Positions 1-7,191 of a stretch of 12,167 nt of DNA are shown piece after piece (position 1 is the stretch's first letter; each line of letters opens with the position of its first letter). The stretch is from NCBI GenBank assembly GCA_046726415.1, contig JBKPAK010000116.1:1-12167 (forward strand), in the 5' to 3' direction. Made by a program: the position numbers and the translations under genes. This DNA comes from Candidatus Methylomirabilota bacterium. GTDB taxonomy: Bacteria; Methylomirabilota; Methylomirabilia; Rokubacteriales; CSP1-6. Below the pieces are notes generated by a model. It saw nothing but the letters and a program-made list of their open reading frames with translations. It did no database searches and was not told the origin of the DNA.

Positions 1-97
1 AGCTGCACCATCTCCGCCTTCGGCAAGTCGCCCTCAGCCGCGCCATTCTCCACCTGCGGCCGATAAGGATCGGCGGCCGCGACGGGGTGGTCCGCGC

Positions 98-571
98 TCA
101 GCGATCGGCCGCGAGCTTGCTGGGACCGCTGTTCGGCCGGAGGTGTTTCAGGTCCCCGAGTTCGCGGAGGGCGTTCAGCATCTCGACGGGGATTGGCTGC
201 GAGCTGAGCGTGCCATCCTCGTTGATGCGAGCGTAGACACGCGTGGCCCGGCCCTCGCTGACCGGGGCGCCCGTCACCGCGTTCTTCGCCTTGCAGTTCC
301 AGTGCAGGGTGCGCTCGCCCACCTCGGCCAAGGTGATGGTGGTCACGATGCGGTCGCCGTAGGCGGCGGGCCCGATGAAGCGGAAGTGAATCTCGCCCAT
401 CACGAACGTCGTGCGGTCGTTCTTGATCATCTGCTCGACGGGATAGCCGATGATCCGGAACAACTCGTGCTCGGTGTCGTTGAACCAGGCGACGATGCGG
501 GGATAATAGACGAGGCCGAACGGGTCCGACTCGCCCCAGTTGACGCTGATCTCCTTCCAGTACATGGCCAT
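98..571 (-). CDS. Acyl-CoA thioesterase, hot-dog fold (4-hydroxybenzoyl-CoA thioesterase / YbgC-like), 157 aa
   Basis: The N-terminal WGESDPFGLVYYP matches the 4HBT-class (D/E)-x-D-x-x-G-h-V-Y motif with the catalytic Asp, and F-x-x-P-x-x-Y-G-D (FIGPAAYGD) follows. I moved the start from the ORF track's 622 to ATG 571 because GGAGG (582-586, - strand) lies 10 nt upstream of it. Confidence 0.85.
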   Translation of the reverse strand: MAMYWKEISVNWGESDPFGLVYYPRIVAWFNDTEHELFRIIGYPVEQMIKNDRTTFVMGEIHFRFIGPAAYGDRIVTTITLAEVGERTLHWNCKAKNAVTGAPVSEGRATRVYARINEDGTLSSQPIPVEMLNALRELGDLKHLRPNSGPSKLAADR

Positions 572-647
572 GGTCTCGTGACCTCCGTCGGTGGCTGCGG
601 CGGCACCGATCGAATCGACCAAGACTACCGCATCCGGGCAGATGAAT

Positions 648-653
648 TACAAT
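648..653 (+). promoter_or_regulatory. Candidate -10 element (TACAAT) for the 707-7190 gene run
   Basis: TACAAT sits in a locally AT-rich patch (gatgaattacaat) of the divergent 572-706 intergenic region, about 55 nt before ATG 707. No good -35 is present at 17 nt. Confidence 0.4.
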
Positions 654-706
654 CGCCGCGTGAGGACCTGATCAGCATCTCCTCCGGCATCCCGAGGGAG
701 GCACAG

Positions 707-1816
707 ATGGCCAAGCGAGGGTTCCGCGTCATGGACGGCGACCTGCACGTCATCGAGCCGCGCAACCTGTGGGAGGACTACCTCGACCCCGCGTTTCGCG
801 GCCGCATCGTGACGGTGCCGGACACCTACGGACAGATGCGGGCGCACGTGGACGGCAGGATCTTGCCGCCGTACGCCGACCGGCCCGAGCGGCAGCGCGC
901 CTGGTCGCTGCGCATGGAACGCCCGGGGTGGGAGCGGCTCCGTCAGGGCACCCCGCCCAAGGATGTGCTGGAGGCGATGGACATCGAGGGCGTCGACGTC
1001 GGCATCCTGTTCCGGACCTGGGCGACCCAAGCCATCAACATCGATGGCCTGGAGCCCGCGTTTGCCGCGGCCATGAGCCGCGCGTGGAACCGCTGGATCG
1101 CCGACTTCTGCACAGAAAGCCCCGAGCGCCTCAAGCCATCAGCCCTGGTACCGCTCCAGGACATCGATCTGGCACTGGCGGAGGCCCGCTTCGCTGTCCA
1201 TGACCTCGGGGCCATCACCCTGGTGCTGCCGTCCCATCTCGTCAACGGCCGTCCGATCTACGACCAGTACTATGACCCGCTGTGGGCCGCGGCGCAGGAG
1301 ATGGACGTGGCCGTGTCCTTCCACGGCAATCACGCCGCCTACGCCGAGCACCTCGCGAAGCGCTACCTGGACAACCTCGTCCTCAGCCACGCCTGCGCCC
1401 AGCCCGTCGAGATGATGCTGACCCTGGGGGCGGTGGCGACCGGCGGGGTGCTGTCGCGCTTCCCCCGGCTGAAGATGGCATTTCTGGAGGGGAACTACAG
1501 CTGGCTGCCCTGGTGGCTGTGGGCGCTCGACGAGCGCTGGGAGGCGTGGGGCGACCACGCGCTGTTCGGGCAGGACGCCAAACCCTCCGAGCTGTTCTTG
1601 CGCCAGTGCTTCGTCTCGGTCGAGCCCGAGGAAGAGCTGTCGAAGCACGTGGTGGCCGAGCTGGGCGACGACAACCTTGTGCTGTCGACCGACTGGCCTC
1701 ACGACGACTCTCGGTTCCCGCACTCCATCGAGGCCTTCCTCGGCCAGGCGGATCTGTCGAGCGATACCAAGCGCAAGGTGCTGTGGGACAACTGCGCGCG
1801 CCTTTACAAGCTCTAG
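707..1816 (+). CDS. Amidohydrolase-fold (Amidohydro_2-type TIM barrel) metalloprotein, 369 aa; candidate dinuclear oxygenase
   Basis: Motifs: VMDGDLHVIEP, RAWNRWIADFC, DPLWAAAQE..VSFHG, FPRLKMAFLEG, STDWPHDDS, KRKVLWDNCARLY. The true start is ATG 707 (MAKRGFRV) with GGAGG at 697-701. The 143-706 extension in the ORF track is antisense to the thioesterase. Confidence 0.9.
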   Translation: MAKRGFRVMDGDLHVIEPRNLWEDYLDPAFRGRIVTVPDTYGQMRAHVDGRILPPYADRPERQRAWSLRMERPGWERLRQGTPPKDVLEAMDIEGVDVGILFRTWATQAINIDGLEPAFAAAMSRAWNRWIADFCTESPERLKPSALVPLQDIDLALAEARFAVHDLGAITLVLPSHLVNGRPIYDQYYDPLWAAAQEMDVAVSFHGNHAAYAEHLAKRYLDNLVLSHACAQPVEMMLTLGAVATGGVLSRFPRLKMAFLEGNYSWLPWWLWALDERWEAWGDHALFGQDAKPSELFLRQCFVSVEPEEELSKHVVAELGDDNLVLSTDWPHDDSRFPHSIEAFLGQADLSSDTKRKVLWDNCARLYKL

Positions 1817-1849
1817 AAAGCCTTCACGACCCGGGCAGGAGGAAGAGCG

Positions 1850-2968
1850 ATGGGCCGAACGTACAAGATCATTGACGCCGACGGGCACATCCTGGAACCG
1901 GTCGACATCTGGGACAACTACATGGAGCCGGCCTACCGGGAGCGCGCTCCGCGCCTGTTCGTGGACAAGGACGGCAAGGAGCGCCTGCGGGTGGAAGACA
2001 AGGTCCTGGGCGGCCCCAAGGGCCTGGGACTCATCGGGGCGATCGGCGCCCGGGACGGGACGGTGTCTGACGATACCGCCAAGTACGCCGAGGGGCGTCG
2101 AGGCGGGTTCGATCCGCACGCCCGCGTCAAGGATCTCGACGTCGACGGCATCGACGCCGCTTTCCTTTATCCCAGCCTCGGCTTGTTTTCGGGAGCGGTG
2201 AGCGACCCCAATCTGGCGGCAGCGATGTGCCGGGCCTACAACCGTTGGCTGGCCGACTACTGCTCGCCCTATCCCGACCGTCTCTTCGGGGTAGCCATGT
2301 TGCCGATGCAATCCATCGAGCTGGCCATAGACGAGATGCGTTTCGTCCGTCGCGAGCTGGGTATGAAGGGCGCGTTTCTGCGGCCCAACCCCTACAACGG
2401 CCGCATGGCCGGCCACCCGGACTACGAGCCGTTCTGGGCCGAGGCACAGGCGCTCGACATCAGCATCGGTTTCCACGAGGGCGGCGCCAGCGGGATGCCC
2501 ACCGTGGGCGTCGACCGGTTCGAAGGGCGCGGCGCCAAGCACATCGTCTCGCACACGATGGAAATGATGCTGGTGGCTCTGAGCGTCATCTGGGGCGGCG
2601 TGTGTGAGCGCTTTCCACGGATCAGAATCGCCTTTCTGGAGTCCGGCGGCGGCTGGATCGCGCCGTGGCTGGACCGGATGGATCGCCACTTCGACGACCA
2701 CGGATTCAACGACTCCGGGCTCACGACCCGGCCCAGCGAGCTCTTCCAGCGCAACTGCTGGATTTCCTTCGAACCCGTCGAGCGCAGCCTGGACGTGCTG
2801 GCGGATTACATCGGTCCCGAGAAGATCCTGTGGGCCACGGACTACCCGCATCCCGACGGGTTCTTTCCCGGTGCCCCCGCGATGATCGCCGGTCGTCCCG
2901 GCCTCTCCGCGGCGACGAAGCAGGGGATCCTCGCCGGGGGCGCCATGCGGTTCTACGGCCTGGCCTGA
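1850..2968 (+). CDS. Amidohydrolase-fold (Amidohydro_2-type) metalloprotein, 372 aa; candidate dinuclear oxygenase
   Basis: Motifs: IIDADGHILEP, GIDAAFLYPSLG, CRAYNRWLADYC, IGFHEG, FPRIRIAFLESGGGW..WLDRMD, ATDYPHPDG. Strong RBS AGGAGG upstream. Confidence 0.92.
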   Translation: MGRTYKIIDADGHILEPVDIWDNYMEPAYRERAPRLFVDKDGKERLRVEDKVLGGPKGLGLIGAIGARDGTVSDDTAKYAEGRRGGFDPHARVKDLDVDGIDAAFLYPSLGLFSGAVSDPNLAAAMCRAYNRWLADYCSPYPDRLFGVAMLPMQSIELAIDEMRFVRRELGMKGAFLRPNPYNGRMAGHPDYEPFWAEAQALDISIGFHEGGASGMPTVGVDRFEGRGAKHIVSHTMEMMLVALSVIWGGVCERFPRIRIAFLESGGGWIAPWLDRMDRHFDDHGFNDSGLTTRPSELFQRNCWISFEPVERSLDVLADYIGPEKILWATDYPHPDGFFPGAPAMIAGRPGLSAATKQGILAGGAMRFYGLA

Positions 2969-3011
2969 GGCCCCCCACACGGCGAAGGGAGCGACACGTG
3001 AGGAGGATTCG

Positions 3012-4154
3012 ATGAAGGTCGGCATTGCGCTGAACATGTTGACGAAAGAGGGGCACTCCGACGCCTCGGTGCTCACCGAGCACATGGCCCTGGGCGACCT
3101 GGCCGAGCCGCTGGGCTTCGACTCACTCTTCGCGTTGGAGCACCACTTTACGGGCTACGCGATGTCGCCCTCGCCGACGCAGCTGCTGAGCTACTACGCC
3201 GGCCGGACGAAGCGCATCACCTTGGGGACGGCAGTCATCGTCCTGCCGTGGCACGATCCTGTGCGGGTGGCCGAGGAGATCGCACTGCTCGACATCCTGT
3301 CCGGGGGCCGATGCCTGTTCGGCTTCGGGCGCGGGGCGGCCAGCGTCGAGTACGCGGGCTTCCGCATCCCGATGGACGAGGCGCGCCCTCGCTTTGTGGA
3401 AGCCGCGAAGATCGTCGTGAAGGCGCTCACCCACGAGGTCTTTGACTGGGACGGGGAGTTCTTTAAGATTCCCATGACGTCGATTCGGCCGCGCCCGATC
3501 TCCCATCCGGAGCGGCGCTTCTACGCGTCCTCGGTCAGCCCGGAATCGGCGGACATCATGGCCAAGCTGGGGTTTGGCGTGCTGGTCATCATGCAGAACG
3601 AGTGGCCCAAAGCCGCGGCGGACATCGAGCGATACCGAGACCTGGCGATCAGCGTCGGCCACACTCCGCGCCCGCCGATCATCCTGACGAACATCTCGGT
3701 CGCCGAGAGCCGCGACGAAGCCCAGGACCGCGCGGTGAAGTACCTGTCGCGCAAGTTCGACTCCATCGACAATCATTACCACTTCTCCGACGGGCACCTG
3801 GCCTCCGTGAAGGGCTACGAGTTCTACGGCAACATGGCGAAGACCTACGCCAAGATGAAGGACGAAGGATATCGGCGAAAGGCGACCGAGTTCTACGTGA
3901 AGATCCAGGTGGTGGGCACGCCAGCCGATTGCATCGAGAAGATCGCTGAGCTGCAGCGTCTCACCGGGCTCGACCACCTCGTCACCGAGTTCGCCTTCGG
4001 TGGTATGCCGCACGAGGAGGCCGAGATGAACATGCGCCTCTTCGCCGATCGCGTGATGCCGGTGCTCCAGCGCGACCGGGCCTTTGCCGGGGCCGCAGCA
4101 GGATCGCCGGCGGCCGCTGTGCCGGGCGGCGCCGACATCTTCGCGCCGGCCTGA
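3012..4154 (+). CDS. LLM-class (luciferase-like) flavin-dependent oxidoreductase/monooxygenase, 380 aa
   Basis: Motifs: LAEPLGFDSLFALEHHF, RTKRITLGTAVIVLPWHDPVRVAEEIALLDILSGGR..FGFGRG, VGTPADC, MRLFADRVMP. RBS GAGGAGG upstream. Confidence 0.92.
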   Translation: MKVGIALNMLTKEGHSDASVLTEHMALGDLAEPLGFDSLFALEHHFTGYAMSPSPTQLLSYYAGRTKRITLGTAVIVLPWHDPVRVAEEIALLDILSGGRCLFGFGRGAASVEYAGFRIPMDEARPRFVEAAKIVVKALTHEVFDWDGEFFKIPMTSIRPRPISHPERRFYASSVSPESADIMAKLGFGVLVIMQNEWPKAAADIERYRDLAISVGHTPRPPIILTNISVAESRDEAQDRAVKYLSRKFDSIDNHYHFSDGHLASVKGYEFYGNMAKTYAKMKDEGYRRKATEFYVKIQVVGTPADCIEKIAELQRLTGLDHLVTEFAFGGMPHEEAEMNMRLFADRVMPVLQRDRAFAGAAAGSPAAAVPGGADIFAPA

Positions 4155-4199
4155 TCGCACCTTCTTACCGCGACCAATCCACGAGGGAGCGAGACGACC

Positions 4200-5099
4200 A
4201 TGCGGATCGGATTCATCGGACTCGGTAACATGGGCGGACCCATGGCCCTGAACCTGATCAAGGCCGGCCACGCGCTCGTTGTCCACGACGTGCGTCGGGA
4301 GGCTGCCGCGCCCCACCTGGAGCGCGGCGCCAAGTGGGCGGATAGCCCCAGGGCTGCCGCCCGCGAGAGCGAGCTGATCCTCACCTCGCTCCCCGGCCCC
4401 AAGGAAGTCGAGGCGGTGGCGCTCGGCCCTGATGGGATCATCCACGGTGCGGTGGCCGGTACCGTGTATGCGGACCTCTCGACCGGCTCGCCGACGGTGA
4501 TGAGGAAGCTCCACGCCGCGTTCAAAGAGAAGGGCGTTCACGTTCTCGACGCGCCGGTTTCCGGGGGCGTGTGGGGCGCCCAGCGCGGGAGCCTTCAAGT
4601 TATGGTCGGCGGTGACGAATCCATCTACCGCGAGGTCAAGGCGGTCCTCGGGGCGGTCGGCGACAAGGTCGGTTACATGGGCCCGATCGGCGCGGGGACA
4701 ATCGCCAAGCTCGTCCACAACATGATCAGCATCACCACGCGGACGATCGTCGCCGAGGGCTTCACGCTCGGCGTCAAGGCCGGCGTCAAGCCGGAAGCAC
4801 TCCTGGAGGCGATTCGTGGCGCCTCGTTTGGCCAGGGCTTGCTGCTCTCGCAGATGCTCCCCAACGTCGTCTTCAAGGGCGATTTCGACACCGTGCGCTT
4901 CGCGCTCAGGCTGGCCCGGAAGGACATCGGGCTGGCCACTGAGCTGGCGCGTGAGTACGACGTGCCGATGCCGATGGCCGCGGTGGCCGAGCAAATCATG
5001 ATGGAGGGGCTGGCCCGGGGCTGGGGTGACAAGGACTCGACGTCGCCCTGGCTCCTCCAGGAGGAAGCCGCCGGTGTCCAGGTGCGAGCGACGAAATGA
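4200..5099 (+). CDS. NAD(P)-dependent beta-hydroxyacid dehydrogenase (3-hydroxyisobutyrate dehydrogenase / tartronate-semialdehyde reductase family), 299 aa
   Basis: All four family motifs are present: IGFIGLGNMGGPMALNL, DAPVSGG, catalytic Lys in GAGTIAKLVHN, and FALRLARKD. Confidence 0.92.
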   Translation: MRIGFIGLGNMGGPMALNLIKAGHALVVHDVRREAAAPHLERGAKWADSPRAAARESELILTSLPGPKEVEAVALGPDGIIHGAVAGTVYADLSTGSPTVMRKLHAAFKEKGVHVLDAPVSGGVWGAQRGSLQVMVGGDESIYREVKAVLGAVGDKVGYMGPIGAGTIAKLVHNMISITTRTIVAEGFTLGVKAGVKPEALLEAIRGASFGQGLLLSQMLPNVVFKGDFDTVRFALRLARKDIGLATELAREYDVPMPMAAVAEQIMMEGLARGWGDKDSTSPWLLQEEAAGVQVRATK

Positions 5100-5164
5100 C
5101 CGGTTGACTCGCCCCTGAACGACACTCAGCAGGCCCGCATGGTGAGGCCGGGAGGCACGAGACG

Positions 5165-6532
5165 ATGCCAAGCGTTGAGCCCGGGAGTTTGAACGGTCTG
5201 GTCGACGTCGACCGGGGAGTCGTCAGTCGCGAGATCTTCGTGAGCGAGGAGATCTACCAGCGCGAGCAGGAACAGATCTTCGCCCGCGCCTGGCTCTTCA
5301 TCGGGCACGAGAGTCAGGTCCCCCGTCCCGGGGACTACTTCGTCTCGTCCATGGGCGAGGAGTCGGTTATCCTTTGCCGCGACCGCGCGGCCCGGCTCCA
5401 CATCTTCCTGAACTCATGCCGGCACCGTGGCATGAAGGTTTGTCGCTACGACGAGGGCAACACGGTGGAGTTCCTGTGCCCCTACCACGGCTGGAGTTAC
5501 GGCAACGACGGAGCCCTGGTCGGCGTGCCCCACGCGAAGGACGCCTACGGAGCGCAGCTCGACCGCAGCCAGTGGGGCCTGGTCGGGGTCGCCCAGATGG
5601 AAAACTACAAAGGGACGATCTGGGCGACCTGGGATCCCACCGCGCCACCGTTCCTCGACTACATCGGGGGTTACAAGCTCTACCTCGACCTCCTCCTCGA
5701 CGCTTGGGACGGGCGCGAGGGCGGCACCGAGGTGATCGGCGGAATCCACAAGTGGCAGATCCCGAGCAACTGGAAGTTCCCGGCTGAGAACTTCTCGGGC
5801 GATCGCTACCACGGAGTGAGCCACCGCTCGGTGGACATGGTCGGCATCGGCCCGAGCGGGAAGGGGCGCCGCGACAACCAGGAGCGGAACGAGTCGCGGT
5901 GGCTCGATGTGTCCTTCCCGGACCTCGGCCATTCGATGATTGCGTTCCTTCGGCCTCCGGACTCGCCGATCGCGCCCGCCTATCAGGACGCCCCGTCCGT
6001 CGCCGACTACTTCCGGCGCTGCGAGGAGGAGCGCAAGCGCCGGCGAGGGGAGCTGTGGCGGCTCTTCGGCGGCCCCGGCACGGTGTTCCCCAACATGTCA
6101 CCTATCGCGCGGCAACCCCGCACGCTCGCCGTCTGGCATCCGCGCGGCCCGCACCGCACGGAGGTCTGGCGCTGGTACCTCCTCGATGCCGACGCGCCGC
6201 CGGAGGTCAAGGACGCTCTGCGCCACTACTACATCCGCTACTCGGGCCCGTCGGGACTGACCGAACAGGACGACATGGAGAACTGGAACTACGCGCACGC
6301 GGCCAGCCGCGGCACCATCGCCCGCCAGTATCCCTACAACTACGAGATGGGCTTGGGGCGCGGGACGGACGCGTTCGAGGACCACGGACTGAAGCTGCCT
6401 GGGGTGATCAACGAGGTGCCAGTGGGGACGGCGAGCGAGAACAACCAGCGTGGCTTCTACTTCCGCTGGCGCCAGTTCATGGAAGCCAAGACGTGGGCGG
6501 ACCTGTCCGGCGCTCGGCGCCGCGCCCTGTGA
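5165..6532 (+). CDS. Rieske non-heme iron aromatic ring-hydroxylating oxygenase, alpha subunit (HcaE/BphA/NahAc-like), 455 aa
   Basis: Rieske ligands C-x-H (CRHRG, 5417) and C-x-x-H (CPYHGW, 5477). Mononuclear Fe region NWKFPAENFSGDRYHGVSH, C-terminal EQDDMENW, and SENNQRGFY. RBS GGAGG at 5151-5155. Confidence 0.95.
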   Translation: MPSVEPGSLNGLVDVDRGVVSREIFVSEEIYQREQEQIFARAWLFIGHESQVPRPGDYFVSSMGEESVILCRDRAARLHIFLNSCRHRGMKVCRYDEGNTVEFLCPYHGWSYGNDGALVGVPHAKDAYGAQLDRSQWGLVGVAQMENYKGTIWATWDPTAPPFLDYIGGYKLYLDLLLDAWDGREGGTEVIGGIHKWQIPSNWKFPAENFSGDRYHGVSHRSVDMVGIGPSGKGRRDNQERNESRWLDVSFPDLGHSMIAFLRPPDSPIAPAYQDAPSVADYFRRCEEERKRRRGELWRLFGGPGTVFPNMSPIARQPRTLAVWHPRGPHRTEVWRWYLLDADAPPEVKDALRHYYIRYSGPSGLTEQDDMENWNYAHAASRGTIARQYPYNYEMGLGRGTDAFEDHGLKLPGVINEVPVGTASENNQRGFYFRWRQFMEAKTWADLSGARRRAL

Positions 6533-6536
6533 CGAA

Positions 6537-7190
6537 ATGGAGCGAGAGACGAACAGCCCGCCGTCGAGGATGAGTCCGGAGGCAAGCGGTCCGCCCACAC
6601 CGCTCAGGCCAGAGGTTGACCGTCCGCGATCCGCCCCGCGTCCTGGGGCAGGCGGCCCGCCGGATCTCCCGCGGCTGCTCGTCAAGGAGGAGATCGAGGA
6701 GTTCCTCTACCAGGAAGCCGAGCTGCTGGACGAGCGGAGGTACGAGGAGTGGCTCGACCTCTTCACCGAGGACTGCCACTACTGGATGCCCATGCGGCGC
6801 AACGTCCCCCGCGACGAGCTCGAGCGGGAGTTCACGCGCGCCGGCGCCGACGTCAACTGGTTCGACGAGGGCAAGGACACCCTCACCCGGCGGGTGCGGC
6901 AGATCCTCACGGGCGTGCACTGGTCCGAGGAGCCCCCCTCGCGGATCTGTCACATGATCTCGAACGTGCAGATTCTCCGCGCGAGCCCGGCCGGCTCGTC
7001 GCCCACTGAGGTGGCCGTCAAGAGCCGCTTTCTCGTCTATCGCAACCGCGTGGAGACGGAGACCGACGTCCTGGTGGGCAAGCGCGAGGATCTGCTCCGT
7101 CGGGTCGACGGGAGTTGGAGGATCGCCCGCCGCAAGATCGTTCTGGACCAGAACGTCCTGCTCGCGAAGAACCTGACGTTCTTCTTCTGA
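6537..7190 (+). CDS. Rieske oxygenase beta (small) subunit, NTF2-like, about 217 aa including a Pro-rich N-terminal extension
   Basis: Motifs: IEEFLYQEAELLDERRYEEWLDLF..YWMP, WSEEPPSR..H.ISNV, SRFLVYRNR, GKREDLLR, IARRKIVLDQNVLLAKNLTFFF. ATG 6537 is 4 nt after the alpha-subunit stop. The start is uncertain (alternative ATG at 6570). Confidence 0.92.
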   Translation: MERETNSPPSRMSPEASGPPTPLRPEVDRPRSAPRPGAGGPPDLPRLLVKEEIEEFLYQEAELLDERRYEEWLDLFTEDCHYWMPMRRNVPRDELEREFTRAGADVNWFDEGKDTLTRRVRQILTGVHWSEEPPSRICHMISNVQILRASPAGSSPTEVAVKSRFLVYRNRVETETDVLVGKREDLLRRVDGSWRIARRKIVLDQNVLLAKNLTFFF

Positions 7191-7191
7191 G

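Noticed and set aside
143-706. 188-aa N-terminal extension that would make the first amidohydrolase-fold ORF 557 aa (apparent fusion)
   Set aside because: It is the antisense shadow of the thioesterase plus intergenic DNA. The RBS and family N-terminus point to ATG 707.
5104-5135. TTGACT as the -35 of an internal promoter for the Rieske genes
   Set aside because: There is no plausible -10 at 16-18 nt spacing.
1139-5171. Very long minus-strand ORFs (1139-3085, 648 aa; 3123-5171, 682 aa)
   Set aside because: They lie antisense to well-supported genes, have no recognisable motifs, and are typical shadow ORFs of high-GC codon bias.
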